64,000 bases of DNA, taken from assembly GCF_009914755.1 (NCBI RefSeq), contig NC_060940.1; one strand, 5' to 3'. Source of the stretch: the human T2T-CHM13v2.0 reference genome, Homo sapiens. The translations under genes and the position numbers were made by a program. Below are positions 1-14,365 of this stretch, in pieces. A model generated the notes under the pieces. That model worked only from the letters and a program-made list of their open reading frames with translations. It had not been told where the DNA came from and ran no database searches. Numbering within the stretch: the stretch's first letter is position 1; every line of letters starts with the position of its first letter.

Positions 1-377
1 AAATTTCCCTGGAGCTTTCAAGTCCCTTTAATAAAACACTGAATCCATTTTTTTTTCCTTGAAATTCTTTCCCAGTGGTATGTAGCTATTTATTTATTTA
101 TTTACTTTTATCAGGGAATTAGCATTTGTTATCTCAGCAGCCAGGCCTTTCTTCAGATAGTCTTATTAATAGTTTATTATTTGAGTCTTTTGGTGTCTTG
201 TATTCAAGAGTCTTTATTTGGACACTGTGTAGATGTCAGAACAAATTATTTTCGTAGATTATAGTCCTTTAATATTTTTAAAATCATATGTACATATTTA
301 GATTAAATTTAATTTTTAAAATTTTATTGAGTTAAAACTCATCTACCATGCAATTTATCCATTAAACATGTACATCA

Positions 378-428
378 TTTTTAATTTTCATATAAATTTT
401 AAGTTGATCTTGTCAGTTTCTTCAAATG
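378..428 (+). repeat. 51-bp near-identical copy of 1769-1819 (templated insertion)
   Basis: 49/51 identity between the two segments; ORF2-derived sequence lying out of place in the L1 3' end. Confidence 0.9.
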
Positions 429-3400
429 ATATTCAAAGTTTGTATCTATCACTAAAATCAATTGTAGAAAATTTTAATTACTCCAGTAGAAAACCTTGCA
501 CTCTTTAGTAATCATTACCCAAGCTCCCTTCCCCTCAGTCCAAGGCAACCATTAATCCACTTTCTGTCTCTGTAGATTTGCTTACTCTTAAAATGTCATG
601 TAATGGAATCATACAATATGGGGTTCTTTGTTATTGACATCTGCCACGCAGCATGTTTTAAGGATTTATCCATGCTATAGCATGTATCAGTATTTTGTTT
701 TTATTGCAGAATAATACTACATTATATGGACATACCAATTTTTTTCTGTCCTTTCATTGGTTGGTAGATATTTTTTGTTTTCATTTCTGATTACTAAGAG
801 TATTCTTGCTCTTAACATCAAAAACAAATTTTTGCGTGGATGTGTGTTTTTTTCTTAGCTGTATTTCTAAGAGTGGCATTACTGGATCATATGGTATTTC
901 TGTTTAACTGTTTAAGGAATGGCCAAATAGTTTTCCAAAGCAACTGCATCATTTTACATCATTAGTGTATGAAGGTCCCAATTTGTTCGCATTTTTGTCA
1001 GCACTTGTTTCTGTCTTTTTAAACTCTAGCCATCCTCATGGGTGAATGTGGTAGATGTTTGTGGTTTTAACTTGCATTTATCTCGTGACTAATGATATGG
1101 AATATCGTTTAATAAGTGCTTATTGGCCACTCATATATCTTCTTTGGAGAGATGTTTACTCAGGTATTTTGCTCACTGAAAAAACTGCATTAAATTCTGT
1201 CCGTTTATTATTTAGTTGTAATAGTTATTTATATATTCTAGATACCAGCCCCTTATGAGTTAAGGAGATACAATTGTTTTTCCATTCATAAGTTATATTT
1301 TTACTTCTTAATATCTTTTGATGTACAAAGATACTAATTTTGATGATGATTATTTTCTTTTGCCTTTCATGCTTTTAGTGTCTTATATGACAATTTATAA
1401 TCTACGATAGCTTTAGCTCTTACATTTAGGTATTTGATCTATTTTGCATTAATTTTTATATATGGTTTAAAGAAAATGTCCAACTTTATTTTTTGCATGT
1501 AGATATCAAGTTCTCCCAGAAATACTTATTGGAAAGATGATTTTCTTCTCATTGAATTGTTAGGCAGCCGTCGCAAATGTCAATTTACTGTAAATGTAAG
1601 GATTTATTTCTGGACTCTCAACTTTATTTCATTGATTTATATATATACCCTTGGGCCAGTACCACACTCTCTTGATTACTGTAGCTTTCTTTAAAGTTTT
1701 AAAAATGGGAAGTATGGATTTAAAAATTTTTTCTCCTTTATTTCAAGTTTGGTTTGTGGATTTGGGCTTTTTTAATTTTCATAGAAATTTTAAGTTGATC
1801 TTGTCAATTTCTTCAAATGTATATGGGCTTTTGATAGATACTGTGTTGAATCTGTCGATCAATTTGGAGTGTATTGTCATCTTAACTATACTAGCATCCT
1901 GATCCATAGCATAGTGTATTACTTCATTTATAGGTTTACTTTTATTTATTTCTACAATTTTTACATTTTCAGATTATAAGTTTTATAAATTTTTGATAAT
2001 TTATTCTTAGGGTTTTAAAAATATTGTAAATTAAATTGTTTTCTTAATTTTATTTTTAGTTTGCTTATTGCTAGAAATTCAATAGAAATGCAATTGAATT
2101 TTGTATATTGATCTGTATCCTGTAATTGTGCTAGACTCATTTATTAGCTTGAATATTTTTCCTTTTATTTTAAAAGAATTTTCTATCATGCAGTATATAA
2201 GTAGGGAAAATTTTAATTCTCCTTTCCCATCTGGAAGCCTTTTATTTCCTTCTTATCTAATTGCTCTGGTTAAGCTCTCCAGTATAGTGTTGAATGGAAG
2301 GAGAGTGAAAATCCTTGTCTTCTTGATCTTAGCAGGGAAGAGTTTATACTTCCATCATTTAGTCTGATATTGGCTTTGATAGATCAGCTTCACCTTTTTT
2401 AGGGTGAAGAAATTCCCTATTATTCCTAGTTTGTTGTATGTTTATATCACGAAAAAGTGTTAAATTTTGTCACATGCTATTTCCAAATTGAGAAGATAAT
2501 ATATTTTTGTTCCTCATTCTATTGATATTGTCTGTTATATTAATTGATTTTGGTATGCTAAATCAACATCATATTCCTGAGATAAGTTCCAACTGGTTAC
2601 ACAGTTTATGTATATATATATTAGTATATATAAATATGTTAATATTTAATTAGTGTACTTTATATGTTGCTGGAATTAATTTGTTAGTATTATGCTGAGG
2701 ACTTTTTGCATCTTTATTTACAAGAAATATATTGAACTATAATATTTCTTTCCCTCTTTCCCTTGTGTTATCTTTGGTTTTGGTATCAGAGTAATACTGG
2801 CTTTATGGAATAAACTGAGAAGTGTTTATTTATCTTCAATTTTTAAAAAGAGTTTCTGAATAATCGTATAAATGTATCTGTATATATATTTGGTAAAATT
2901 AACCAGTAAATTCATCTGGTCGTGGAATTTTTGTTTTCTTTGTGGAAGGGGATACATTTTTTCAGATTGTCTTTTTTCTTAAGTCAGTGTCATAGTTTTT
3001 GTCTTTCTAGGAGTTTGTTGATTTTATCGAAGTTATATAATTTGTTGACATATAGTTCAAAGTTTCACCTTATAATACTTTTTATTCTTATAAGGTCAGT
3101 AGTAATGTTCCCTTTTACTTCTGATTTTAATAATTTGAGAATCATTCTATTTTTGTTAGATCATCTATCTAAACTGTGTGCATTTTGTCAGTTTTTTTCT
3201 GAGAACTAGCTTTTGGTTTTATTATCATTATTTATTTTTTCTACTCTCGATTTCATTAGTTTTTCTTTTAATCCTATGTTTTCTTTATTTTTGCTTGCCC
3301 TACACTTAGTTTGATCTTTTTTTCTTAGTGTCTTAAGGTGGAAGGCTAAGTTGTTCATGTGAAATATTTCTTCTTTTATAATAAAGCTGTAAAACTCCCT

Positions 3401-4038
3401 CTGAGCACTGCTTTAGCTGCATCTCGTAAGTTTTGGGATATTGTGTCTTAATTGTTATTTATTTGCAATTATTTCTGCTTTTCTTTTTAACTATTTTTTG
3501 AGTCATTAGTTATTTAAAGATGTTTTGATCAATTTCCATATATTTGTGAATTTTTCAAATTCTTTTCTTAATTTTGAATTCAATTTTATTATGGCCAGTT
3601 AACCAAATTAGCATAATATGAATTGTTTTAAATTCTAAATCTTGTTTTATATATTAGCATATGGTCTATTCTGAAATATATTACACATGTACTTGGGAAG
3701 AATGCAAATCTGCATTTGTTAGATACAGTGTTCTATAGAGGCCTGTTCACACTAATGTGTTTATAGTATTCAAGTCCTTCATTTACTTGTTGAGCTTTGG
3801 TATTTTTTGTTCTATTAATTACTGAGAGCATCCCAATAATATTTGGTGTCCCAAATATGATTGGTAAATTGTCTGTTTCTGGTTTCATGTATTTTAGCCT
3901 CTGTTTCAGGTATTTGGGGATTCTGTTGGTCAGTGCATATATTAAAAACTGCTATAATTTTGATCCTTTGATTATCATAAAATGTCCCTCTATATGCAAG
4001 ACATGATTTTTAGTTTTTAATGTCATTTTTTGATACTA

Positions 4039-4431
<393 letters not shown>

Positions 4432-4720
4432 TAGTGTCTCCTATAAACGGTATAGAATTAGACATTAATTTTTTATCCAGTTTGTGGCTCTCTGCCTTTA
4501 ATTTAAGTATTTAATCCGTTCACATTTAAAATCTGTATCAATATGTCTGAATTTACTTTTGCAATTTTTATCTTTATATAGCTAATATTATTTTTGTTTC
4601 TCAATTTTTAAAATTATTTACTTTGAAGTGATTATTTTTCTAGTATATTTATATTCTTTTAATGTTTTAAATTTATTTTTTATTGTTGTTTTCTTAGTAA
4701 TTATCCTAGGGCTTATTTTA

Positions 4721-4758
4721 TGTGTGTGCGTGTGCATGTGTGTGTGTGTGTGTGTGTA
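4721..4758. repeat. (TG)n microsatellite
   Basis: Imperfect TG run. Confidence 0.95.
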
Positions 4759-5956
4759 TATACACACTTATCAGAATCCATTTCAAGTTTATGCTAACTT
4801 AATTCCAGTGAGATATAGAATTATTGCTCCTGTGTAGATCTATTTTTCCTCTAGCTTTGTGTTATTATGATTACATATATTACCTGTACATATGTTACAA
4901 ACTCAGTGGCATTGTTATAAGTATTGCTTATAGGGGGATCTATTACATAAGCTGAGATAAGAAAAGGGAGCAGGAACGTATGTGCAAAGTTTGTTTTATT
5001 TGTATTCTTATTTACTATTTATTTAGTCTCTTCATTTGTGCCTTTGAGTTTAGGTTGCCCTCTGTGTCATTTTCTTACTCCAGTACAACTCTGCTTCCTC
5101 TCACATTCTTTGCGCCATTGTTGTCAAATGCATTATATTTCTATATGTTATAGCCTCAACAATAATTATATGATTTTATACATATTGCTTATAAAATTGC
5201 TTTTTAAACCCGTTAAGCTAAAACGTAATAAAATGTAAATTCATACTTTTTAATAATTATATAATTGTATTCTTGCTCTTCATTTTTTTGGTGCAGATTT
5301 ATATTTCTCTCAGTATTTACTTGTGTTAAGTATGAAATACTTATTTTAGTATTTTTATTTTTTTGTAAGTCAGGTTGGCTAGCAATGAATTCCTTTGAGC
5401 TTGTTTTGCTTTTTTTTTTTTTTTTAATCTGGGAATGTATTTATTTCACTTTTATTTTTGAAAGACTGCTTTGCTAGATATAGGATTTTTGGTTTACATT
5501 TTTTCCTCTAGTTCTTTGACTGTCCCGTACCAGCATATTGTGCATTCCACTGTTTCTAATGAAAAGTTAGACATAGTCTTTTATTTCTTTTTTATTTTTA
5601 TTTTTATTTCAATAGCTTTTTTTGGTACAAGTGGTTTTCTATTACATGGATAAATTATGTAGTGGTGAATTCTGAGATGTTAGTGCATTCATCACCCATT
5701 AGAGTACATTTGTACCTAATATGCAGTTTTTTTTAATCTGAGATACCTTCCCACCCTCCCCCTTCTGAGTCTCTCAAGTCTATTATGTCACTCTGTGTGC
5801 CTTTGCATACTCACAGATTAGCTCATACATAGAGTAATAACATACAGTTTTTAGTTTTCCATTCCTGTGTTACCTCACTTAGAATAGTGGCCTCCAGCTT
5901 CATTCAAGTTGCTGCAAAAGACATTATTTTGTTCCTTTCAATGGCTGAGTAGCATT

Positions 5957-6370
5957 TCATGTGTGTATATACCACATTTTCTGTATCCACTCATGAGTTG
6001 ATAGGAATTTAGGTTGGTTCCACATCTTTGTAATTGTGAATTTTGTTGCTATAAACATAGATGTGCAAGTGTCTTTTTCATATAATGACTTATTTTGCTT
6101 TGGGTAGATATTCAGCAGTAGGATTGCTGGATCAAATGGTAGATCTACTTTTAGCTTTTTAAGGAATCTCCATACTGTTTTCCATAGAGGTTGTACTAAT
6201 TTACATTTCCACCAGCAGTGTATAAGTGTTCCCTTGTCCCCACATTCACACCAAAATCTATTGTTTTTTGACTTTTTAATAATGGCCATTCTTGCAGGAG
6301 TAAGGTAGTATCTCGTTGTGGTTTTAATTTGCATTTCCCTGATGATTGGTGATGTTGAGCATTTTTTCAT
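5957..6370 (-). pseudogene. L1 ORF2p C-terminal (Cys-rich) remnant
   Basis: Translation [37 protein letters not shown] matches the L1 ORF2p C-terminus; rest of ORF2 is broken. Confidence 0.9.
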
Positions 6371-7262
6371 AATTTTTTGGCCACTTGTGTGTCATCTTTT
6401 GAGAAATGTCTATTCATGTCATTTGCCCTCTTTATAATGATGTTATTTTTTTTTCTTGATGATTTGTGGAGTTTCTTGTAGATTCTGGATAGCAGTTCTT
6501 TGTCAGATACATAGTTTGCAAATATTTTCTCTCATTCTGTGGATTGTCTGTTTACTCTGTTGATTATTTCTTTTGCAGACATGTTTTAGTTTAATTAGGT
6601 CCCATTTATTTTTGTTTTTGTTGAATTTGCTTTTGGGGTCTTAGTCACTAATTCTTTGCTTAGGCTGATATCTGTAGAAGTGTTCTGATGTTGTCTTCTA
6701 GAATTTTTATAGTTTCAGGTCTTATATTTAAGTCTTTGATTTATCTTGAGTTGATTTTTATGTAAGATGAGAGATGGGAATCCAGCTTCATTCTTCTATA
6801 TGTGGCCTGCTAGTTTTCCCAGCACCATATATTAAATAGGGTATCTATTCCCTAATTTATGTTTTTGTATGCTTTGTTGAATATCAGTTGGTTATACGTA
6901 TTCAGCTTTATTTCTGAGTTCTCTATTTTGTTTTATTGGTCTATTTTGTTTTGGTAACTATAACCTTGCGGTATAATTTGAAATTCCAGTAATGTGATGC
7001 ATCCAGATTTGTTGTTTTTGCTTAGTATTGCTTTGGCTATCCTGGCTCTCTTTTGGTTCCATATGAATTTAGGATTCTTTTTTCTAATTCTGTGAAAAAT
7101 AATGTTGGTATGTTGATGGGAATTGCACTGAATCCGTAGATTGCTTTGGGCAGTATGGTCATTTCACAATATCGTTTCTTATCATCCATGAGCATGGGGT
7201 ACATTTCCATGTTTGTGTCATTTGTGATTTCTTTCAGCATTGTTTTGTAGTCCTCGTAGTGA

Positions 7263-7619
<357 letters not shown>

Positions 7620-10026
7620 AAGGTTACGTATCTTCTTATATATTGTGTTTTATTCTTATTTTGAAGCTGTTGTAAAAGTGATTGAGTTCTTGATTTGATT
7701 CTTAGCTTGGTCGTTGTTGGTGTTTAGCAGTGCTACAGATTTGTGTACACTGATTTTGTAAACTGAGACTTTACTGAATTTGTTTATCAAATCTAAGAAC
7801 CTTTTAAAGCAGTCTAGGATTTTCTAGGTATAGAATCATATAATCTGCAAACAGTGACAATTTGACTTCTTTTTTCCAACTTAGATGCCCTTATTTCTTT
7901 CTTTTGCCTAATTGCCCTGGCTAGTACTTCCAGAATTATGTTGAATTGGATGGTGAAAGTGGGCATCCTTATCTTATTCCTATTCTCAGAGGGAAAGTTT
8001 TCAACTTTACTGTATTCAGTATGATGTCGGCTGTGGGTTTGTCATATGGAGCTTTAATCATTTTAAAATAAGTCCCTTCTGTGCCTAGTTTGGTGAGAGT
8101 TTTTATTGTAAAGGGATGCTGGATTTTGTCAAATGCTTTTTCTGCATCAATTGAGATAATCTTATGGTTTTTGTTTAATTCTGTTTATGCAATGTATCAC
8201 ATTTATTGACTTGTGTATGTTAATTCATATCTGTATTTCTGGGATTAAACTCACTTCATCATGATGAATTATCTTTTTGATGTACTTTTGATTCAGTTAG
8301 CTAGTATTTTATTGAGGATTTTTGTGTCTTATGTTCATCAGGAAAATTGGTCTGTAGTTTTTTTGTTGTTGTTGTGGTTGTTGTGTCTTTTTCTGCTTTT
8401 GGTATCAGGGTGATACTAGCTTCATAGAATGATTCAAGGGGGATTTCTTTTTTCTCAATCTTTTGGAGTAGTTTCAGTAGTATTGGTGCCAATTCTTTGA
8501 ATGTTTGGTAGAATGCAGCAGTGAATTCATTTGGTCCTAGGCTTTTTTTTTTGTTGGCAATTTTTAAATTCCTATTTCAATCTTGCTGCTTGTTATTGGT
8601 CTGTTCAAAGTTTCTGGTTCTTCCTTTTTTAATCTCGGAGGGTTATATGTTTCCAGGAATTTGTTCATTTTCTCCGGGTTTTCTAGTTTATGCATATAAA
8701 GGTATTCATAGTGGTCTTGAATGATCTTTTGTATTTGTAGTGTAGGTTGTAATGTCTCCAGTTTTATTTCCAATTGAGCTTATTTGAGTCTTCTCTCTTT
8801 TTTTCTTAGCTAATCTAGCTAGTGGTGCACCAATTTTGTTTATTTTTTCAAAGAACCAGCTTTTTGTTTCATTGATCTTTTGTATTTTTTGTATTTTTGA
8901 ATTTCAATTTGTTATATTCTGATCGTCGTTATTTCTTTTCTTCTAGTTCTAGGTTTAGTTTGTTTTTATTTCTTCAGTTTCTTGAAGTGTGGCATTAGGT
9001 TGTCAATTTTTGCTCTTTGAGACCTTTTGATGTAGGCATTTAACACTATAAACTTTCTTCTTAGTGCTGCTTTTGCTGTTATCCAAACCTGGAGGTTTGG
9101 ATAACTTGTGTCATTATTATTCAATTCAAGTAACTTTTAAATTTCTGTCTTCATTTCATTGTTAACCCAGATATCATACTAGCAGAGTATTTAATTTCCA
9201 TGTATTTGTATAGTTTTGAGGGCTCCTTTTGGAGTTGATTTCTAGTTTTATTCTGCTGTAGTCTGAGAAGAGACTTGATATGATTTTGATTTTTAAAAAT
9301 TTATTGAGACTTGTTTTGGGGCCTATCATATGGGCTGGTCTGTCTTGGAGAATGTTTCATGTGTTGATGAGAAGAATATATATTCTGAAGATCTTAGGTA
9401 GAATGTCCTGTAAATATCTGTTAGGTCCATTTGTTCTAGCTGTTGTTTAACCCCATTGTTTCCCTATTGATTTCCTGTCTTGAAGAACTACCTATGCAGT
9501 ACTGTCTGTGGTACATTGAAGTCTCCCACTATTACTGTTTTGCTGTCTATCTCACTTCTTAGGTATAGTAATAACTGTTTTATGAATCTAGGAGCTCCAG
9601 TATTGGGTGCATATAAATTTAGGATTGTGATATCTTCTTGCTAAATTGATTCTTTTATCATTACATAATGACTATCTTTGTCATTTTAATTTTGTTGCTT
9701 TGAAGTCTGTTCTTTCTCATATAAGAATAGCTACTCTGACTTGCCTTTGGTTTCCATTTATATGAAATAACTTTTCAATCCTTTTACCTTGAGTTTATAT
9801 GAATCCTTCTGTGCTAGGTGAGTCTCCTGAAAAGAGCAGATATTTGGATTGTAGCTTTTTATTCATTCTGCCATTCTGTATCTTTTAAGTGTAGCATTTA
9901 GGCCATTTACATTCAATGTTAATATTGAGATGTAAGGTTCTGTTCTCTTCATCATGTTAATTGCTACCTAGTTTTTTGTTATTATTGTTGCATTATTATT
10001 TTATAGGCCCTGTAAGTTTTGAGCTT

Positions 10027-10371
10027 TCAAGAGGTTCTATTTTGGTTCATATCAGCCTTTTTTTCAATGTTTAGAACTCCTTCTGGTATTTCTTGTTGTG
10101 ATGGTTTGGTAATGACAAATTTTCTCAGCATTAGTTTGTCTGAAAATGAATTTATTTCTCCTTCCTTTTTAAAACTTGGTTTTGCTGGGTGTAAAATTCT
10201 TGGCTGATAGTTGTTCTGTTTAAGACGCTTGAAGATAAAACTCCAATCCCTTTCAGCTTGTAAGGTGTCTGCTGGGTTGTCTGCTGGGAAGTCTGCTGTT
10301 AATCTGATAGGCTTTCCTTTGTAGGTTACCTGATGATTTTGTCTTACTGCTTTTAGAATTTTTTTCTTCAT
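10027..10371 (-). pseudogene. L1 ORF1p C-terminal remnant
   Basis: KILKAVRQ..QVTYKGKPIRLTADF..QPRILHPAK.SF..EGEI.SFSDK matches L1 ORF1p; includes a 12-bp in-frame tandem duplication near 10267-10290. Confidence 0.9.
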
Positions 10372-11525
10372 ATTGACTTTAAATAGCCTGATAGTTATAT
10401 GCCTTGGGTGAAGATCTTTTTGCAGTGAATTTCCCAGGAAATGTGTGAGCTTCTTGGATTTGGATATCTACATCTCTAGCCAATTAGAGATTAGTACCTC
10501 AAGTAAGTTTTCCAGACTCACATTGTCTTCGCCCTCAGGAACACCAATTATTCTTAGTTTTGGCCATTTTACTTAATCTCATATTTCTTGGAGACTTTAT
10601 TTCTTTGATTCATTTTTCTTTATTTTTGTCTGATTTAGTTAATTCAAAAGCCTTGTCTTCAACTATGAATTTTTTTTTTAACTTCTTCTAGTCTATTGTT
10701 AAAACTAGGCAGTAGTCTTATTGAAAGTGTCCCTTATATATGATGAGTCAGTATTTTTGTTTTGTTGTTGTTTGGTTTTTGCAGCTTTTAATAGTTTCTC
10801 CTTTTCTTTAAATTTCAGCATTTTTACTCAGGATCTCTTTGCACTTATACTACTTAGAGTTAGTTGAGTGTCTTGAATGTGTAGATTTATATTTTTCAGC
10901 AATTTGGGGAAGTCTTCACTGGTCATTTCTTCAATTTATTTTTTCTGTTATTTTTCTTCTCTTCTTTTTCTGGTGCTTCCATTATGCATACATTGGTGTG
11001 CGTAAAGTGCCCTACATTCCTCTGAGACTGATGCTTTTTCTTTATGCTAAAATCTCTGTTATTGAGATTGCATAATATCTATTAATCTATCTTTTAGTTC
11101 ACTGATTCGTTCTTTTGCCGGTTCAGATTTTCTGTAGTACCCCTTTATTTTGGTTATTGTTCATTTCATCTACAGAATTAACATTTGTTTCATTCTATAA
11201 TTTATATATCTTCATTGATATTCTCTATTTAATGAGACATTGTCTTCTTACTTCCTTTATGTCTTTAAGCTTCATTTCCTTTAGTTCTGTGAACATATTT
11301 ATAATGGCTAAGTTGAAGTCTTTGTTAAACCTGAAATCTTGTCCCTCTCATTGGCAGTTTCTGTTTCCTACTTTTATTCCTGTGTATTGGTCACAGCTTC
11401 CTGTTTCTTGCCTATCTCATTTGTTGTTGTGGAAAGTGGACATTGTGAGTAACATTTTAGTGACTTTGGATACTGACCCCTACCACACCCCCAGGTTTGG
11501 TTTTGTTGTTTGTGTTCACTTAATT

Positions 11526-11568
11526 TGTGTGTGTGTGTGTGTGTGTGTTTGTGTGTGTATGTGTGTTT
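11526..11568. repeat. (TG)n microsatellite
   Basis: TG run. Confidence 0.95.
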
Positions 11569-11944
11569 GTAAATTTGGTTAACTATTTTAGTGATGATTT
11601 TTTCTTCTGTAGTCTGAAGCTTTTGGTGTCACTTTTTACAGGGTGCCATCTTAGGTATGTGTGTCATACTTGTGTGACAGTCTTTCCTTTGCTATACCTT
11701 TCCCTAATTTCTCTATTAAGCTGCCAACTTCATTTGGTATTACATCCAGACTTCTAGGCTCCAATAATTATGGGCTTATTGCTCTGTTGTTATGACAATG
11801 CTCTGGGACATAAATTGCTCAGCTGTCTTAACTAATTTAGTTCAGGCAGAGATGGGTTTTGATGGCAGTCTTTGAGGTTAGTTCTAATGCCAATAATGTT
11901 CTTCTTGGCTTTCTGTTTCCAATTTTCTCTGATGAATTAGCTAG

Positions 11945-12292
<348 letters not shown>

Positions 12293-12674
12293 TATGTTTT
12301 TATTTTTGAGAGCACCCTTACACTTGAATTTTCCCTACCATTTGTTTCAAGTAAAGTCAGTACTCTTTAGGAGAGACCAGAGCATTTTTTTAATGGACTA
12401 CATTTCCCCTTGGACAAATTCTCTGAGCCATTACTCTAGGTTCTGAGTGAGATGGTAGCTTCTGGGTGTTTTTGGCTTGTTTCTATCGGTGCACGAACTT
12501 CGTTTTAAGAACAAGATGGGACAATGATGATTGAGGCCCCAGTATTCTTACTCTAATGAACTTATAGGTAAGGACCCAATGGAGGAAAGGAGTTCCAGAC
12601 CCTTTTGGTTCACTTACCAAAAATTTAGCCTCTTCAACTTAGAAGTGGAGGAGATAAGAAAGTGCAGCTGGTAT

Positions 12675-13121
12675 TAAGGGAGGAGACCACCCCTCATATT
12701 GTCTTATGCCCAATTTCTGCCTCCAAAGAAAGAAGAAGGAAAAACTAAAAGGCAGAAACGAAATCCACAAGCAGACAGTCCGGCGCCACACCCTGTGCCT
12801 GGTAGTTAAAGATCCACCCCTGACCTAATTGGTTATTTGCGTAAGAAAAGCACTGTGAAGATCCCTGTCCTGTTCTGTTCCCTTCCGTTCTAATTACTGG
12901 TGCATGCAGCCCCCAGTCACATACCTACTGCTTCTCAATCCATCACGACTCTCTCACGTGGACCCCCTTAGTGATGTGAGCCCTTAAAAGGGACAGGAAT
13001 TGCTCACTTGGGGAGCTCGGTTGTTGGAGACGTGAGTCTTGCCAAAGCTCCCGGCCGAATAAAGCCCTTCCTTCTTTAACTCTGTATATGAGGGGTTTTG
13101 TCTGCGGCTTGTCCTGCTACA
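12675..13121 (+). mobile_element. Solo LTR2/LTR2B (HERV-E/Harlequin group, ERV1)
   Basis: TAAGGGAGGAGACCACCCCTCATATTGTCTTATGCCC start; CTTAAAAG TATA-like box; AATAAA ~13058; ends GTCCTGCTACA; 4-bp TSD-like GTAT/GGAT. Confidence 0.93.
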
Positions 13122-13179
13122 GGATGGCTGTAGACAGTGTGCGCATTATCCAAACATACCAAGGACAATTTTTTGGCAA

Positions 13180-13320
13180 CTGTCACTTTCTCAATGCAAT
13201 GAGGCCCACTTTACAAATAAGGAAATTGATGCTCAGAGAAAAGGATAATACTTGCAAAAACAACAAGTTAGGAGCCAGATTTAAACTTCAATGTGCCTGT
13301 TTCCAAATTGTCTTTTTGCC
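13180..13320 (-). mobile_element. MIR fragment
   Basis: CCCACTTTACAAATAAGGAAATTGATGCTCAGAGA core. Confidence 0.75.
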
Positions 13321-13419
13321 ATTGTTCAAAACACGATGCTGGCTGGAACATTTTGTGGTGCAAGAATGTGCTAAAAACTAATGGGATGGGTGTGGTATGA
13401 CTAAAGAGTACAGAAGCCA

Positions 13420-14365
13420 GTCAGAGTTTCCAATGGCCACACTGTGGTGGGAGGGGCAGGAAACATAAGCAAGGATAAATGTAATTCCTGTTTTGCATTA
13501 TTACCCAAGGAATAATAAATATTCACAAACTGATACTGATTAACTAAATACCTAAATAAATGGAGAATAAAGAACTTCTCACTAAAAATTTCATATTGAT
13601 AAATTTAAGAAATGACAATTAAAAAATCACAATAGCTTAATAAAGTTTAATTTTAACTTTTTAATTAAATTAAAATTAATAAAATCACAGTAATAAATTC
13701 TAAAGGCAAGATCCCGTGGCAACAATAAAACTAGTACAAAGGATTAGAAGCAAAATCAGTATATTTTCATAATCTCAAAATCTCTCCTCTGGAATATTTA
13801 GTAATTACAAAGGGAAAACAGTGATTTTACAGTGGTGAGTGCTGGCAGATACCACCATAATCAGTTGATCAAATTTAACATCATCAATAACACATCGATA
13901 TTAAGTACTCCAATGTGATGATACATCATAGCCTCTTTCATGCTTTTTGTGACATGCACTAAATTGCAGAAAAAGAAAATATTAGACAAACACGATTGGA
14001 GTGACATGTATACCATAACTAAGCAGTGTACTTCAGAAGTGTCAAGATCATGTAAGGTAAAAAAAAGACAGAAGATATGTCATAAATTGGAGAAAAGAAG
14101 AAAGACATGGATCTTAAATGCAGTCTGGAGTCCTAAATCAGAGACTGGAACAGAATAAAGAACATTAATTTTAAAAATATTGAAATCCAAATACTTTTTT
14201 TTTTCAGTTAATAGTGTTGTGCCAAGGTTTCTTTTATAATTTTGACAATTATTTTGTGGTTATGTAAAGTTTTAACAATAGAGAAAGCTAGGAGATGGGT
14301 GTATAGGATTTCTCCTTACTCTTTTTGCAACTTTAAAATTTTCAAAATATGAAACCTTTTTTAAA
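13420..14365 (+). mobile_element. L1MC4-like 3' end
   Basis: AATTACAAAGGGAAAACAGTGATTTTACAGTGG...GGCAGATACCACC...TGATCAAATTTAACATCA and terminal TTTTTGCAACTT motif. Confidence 0.75.
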
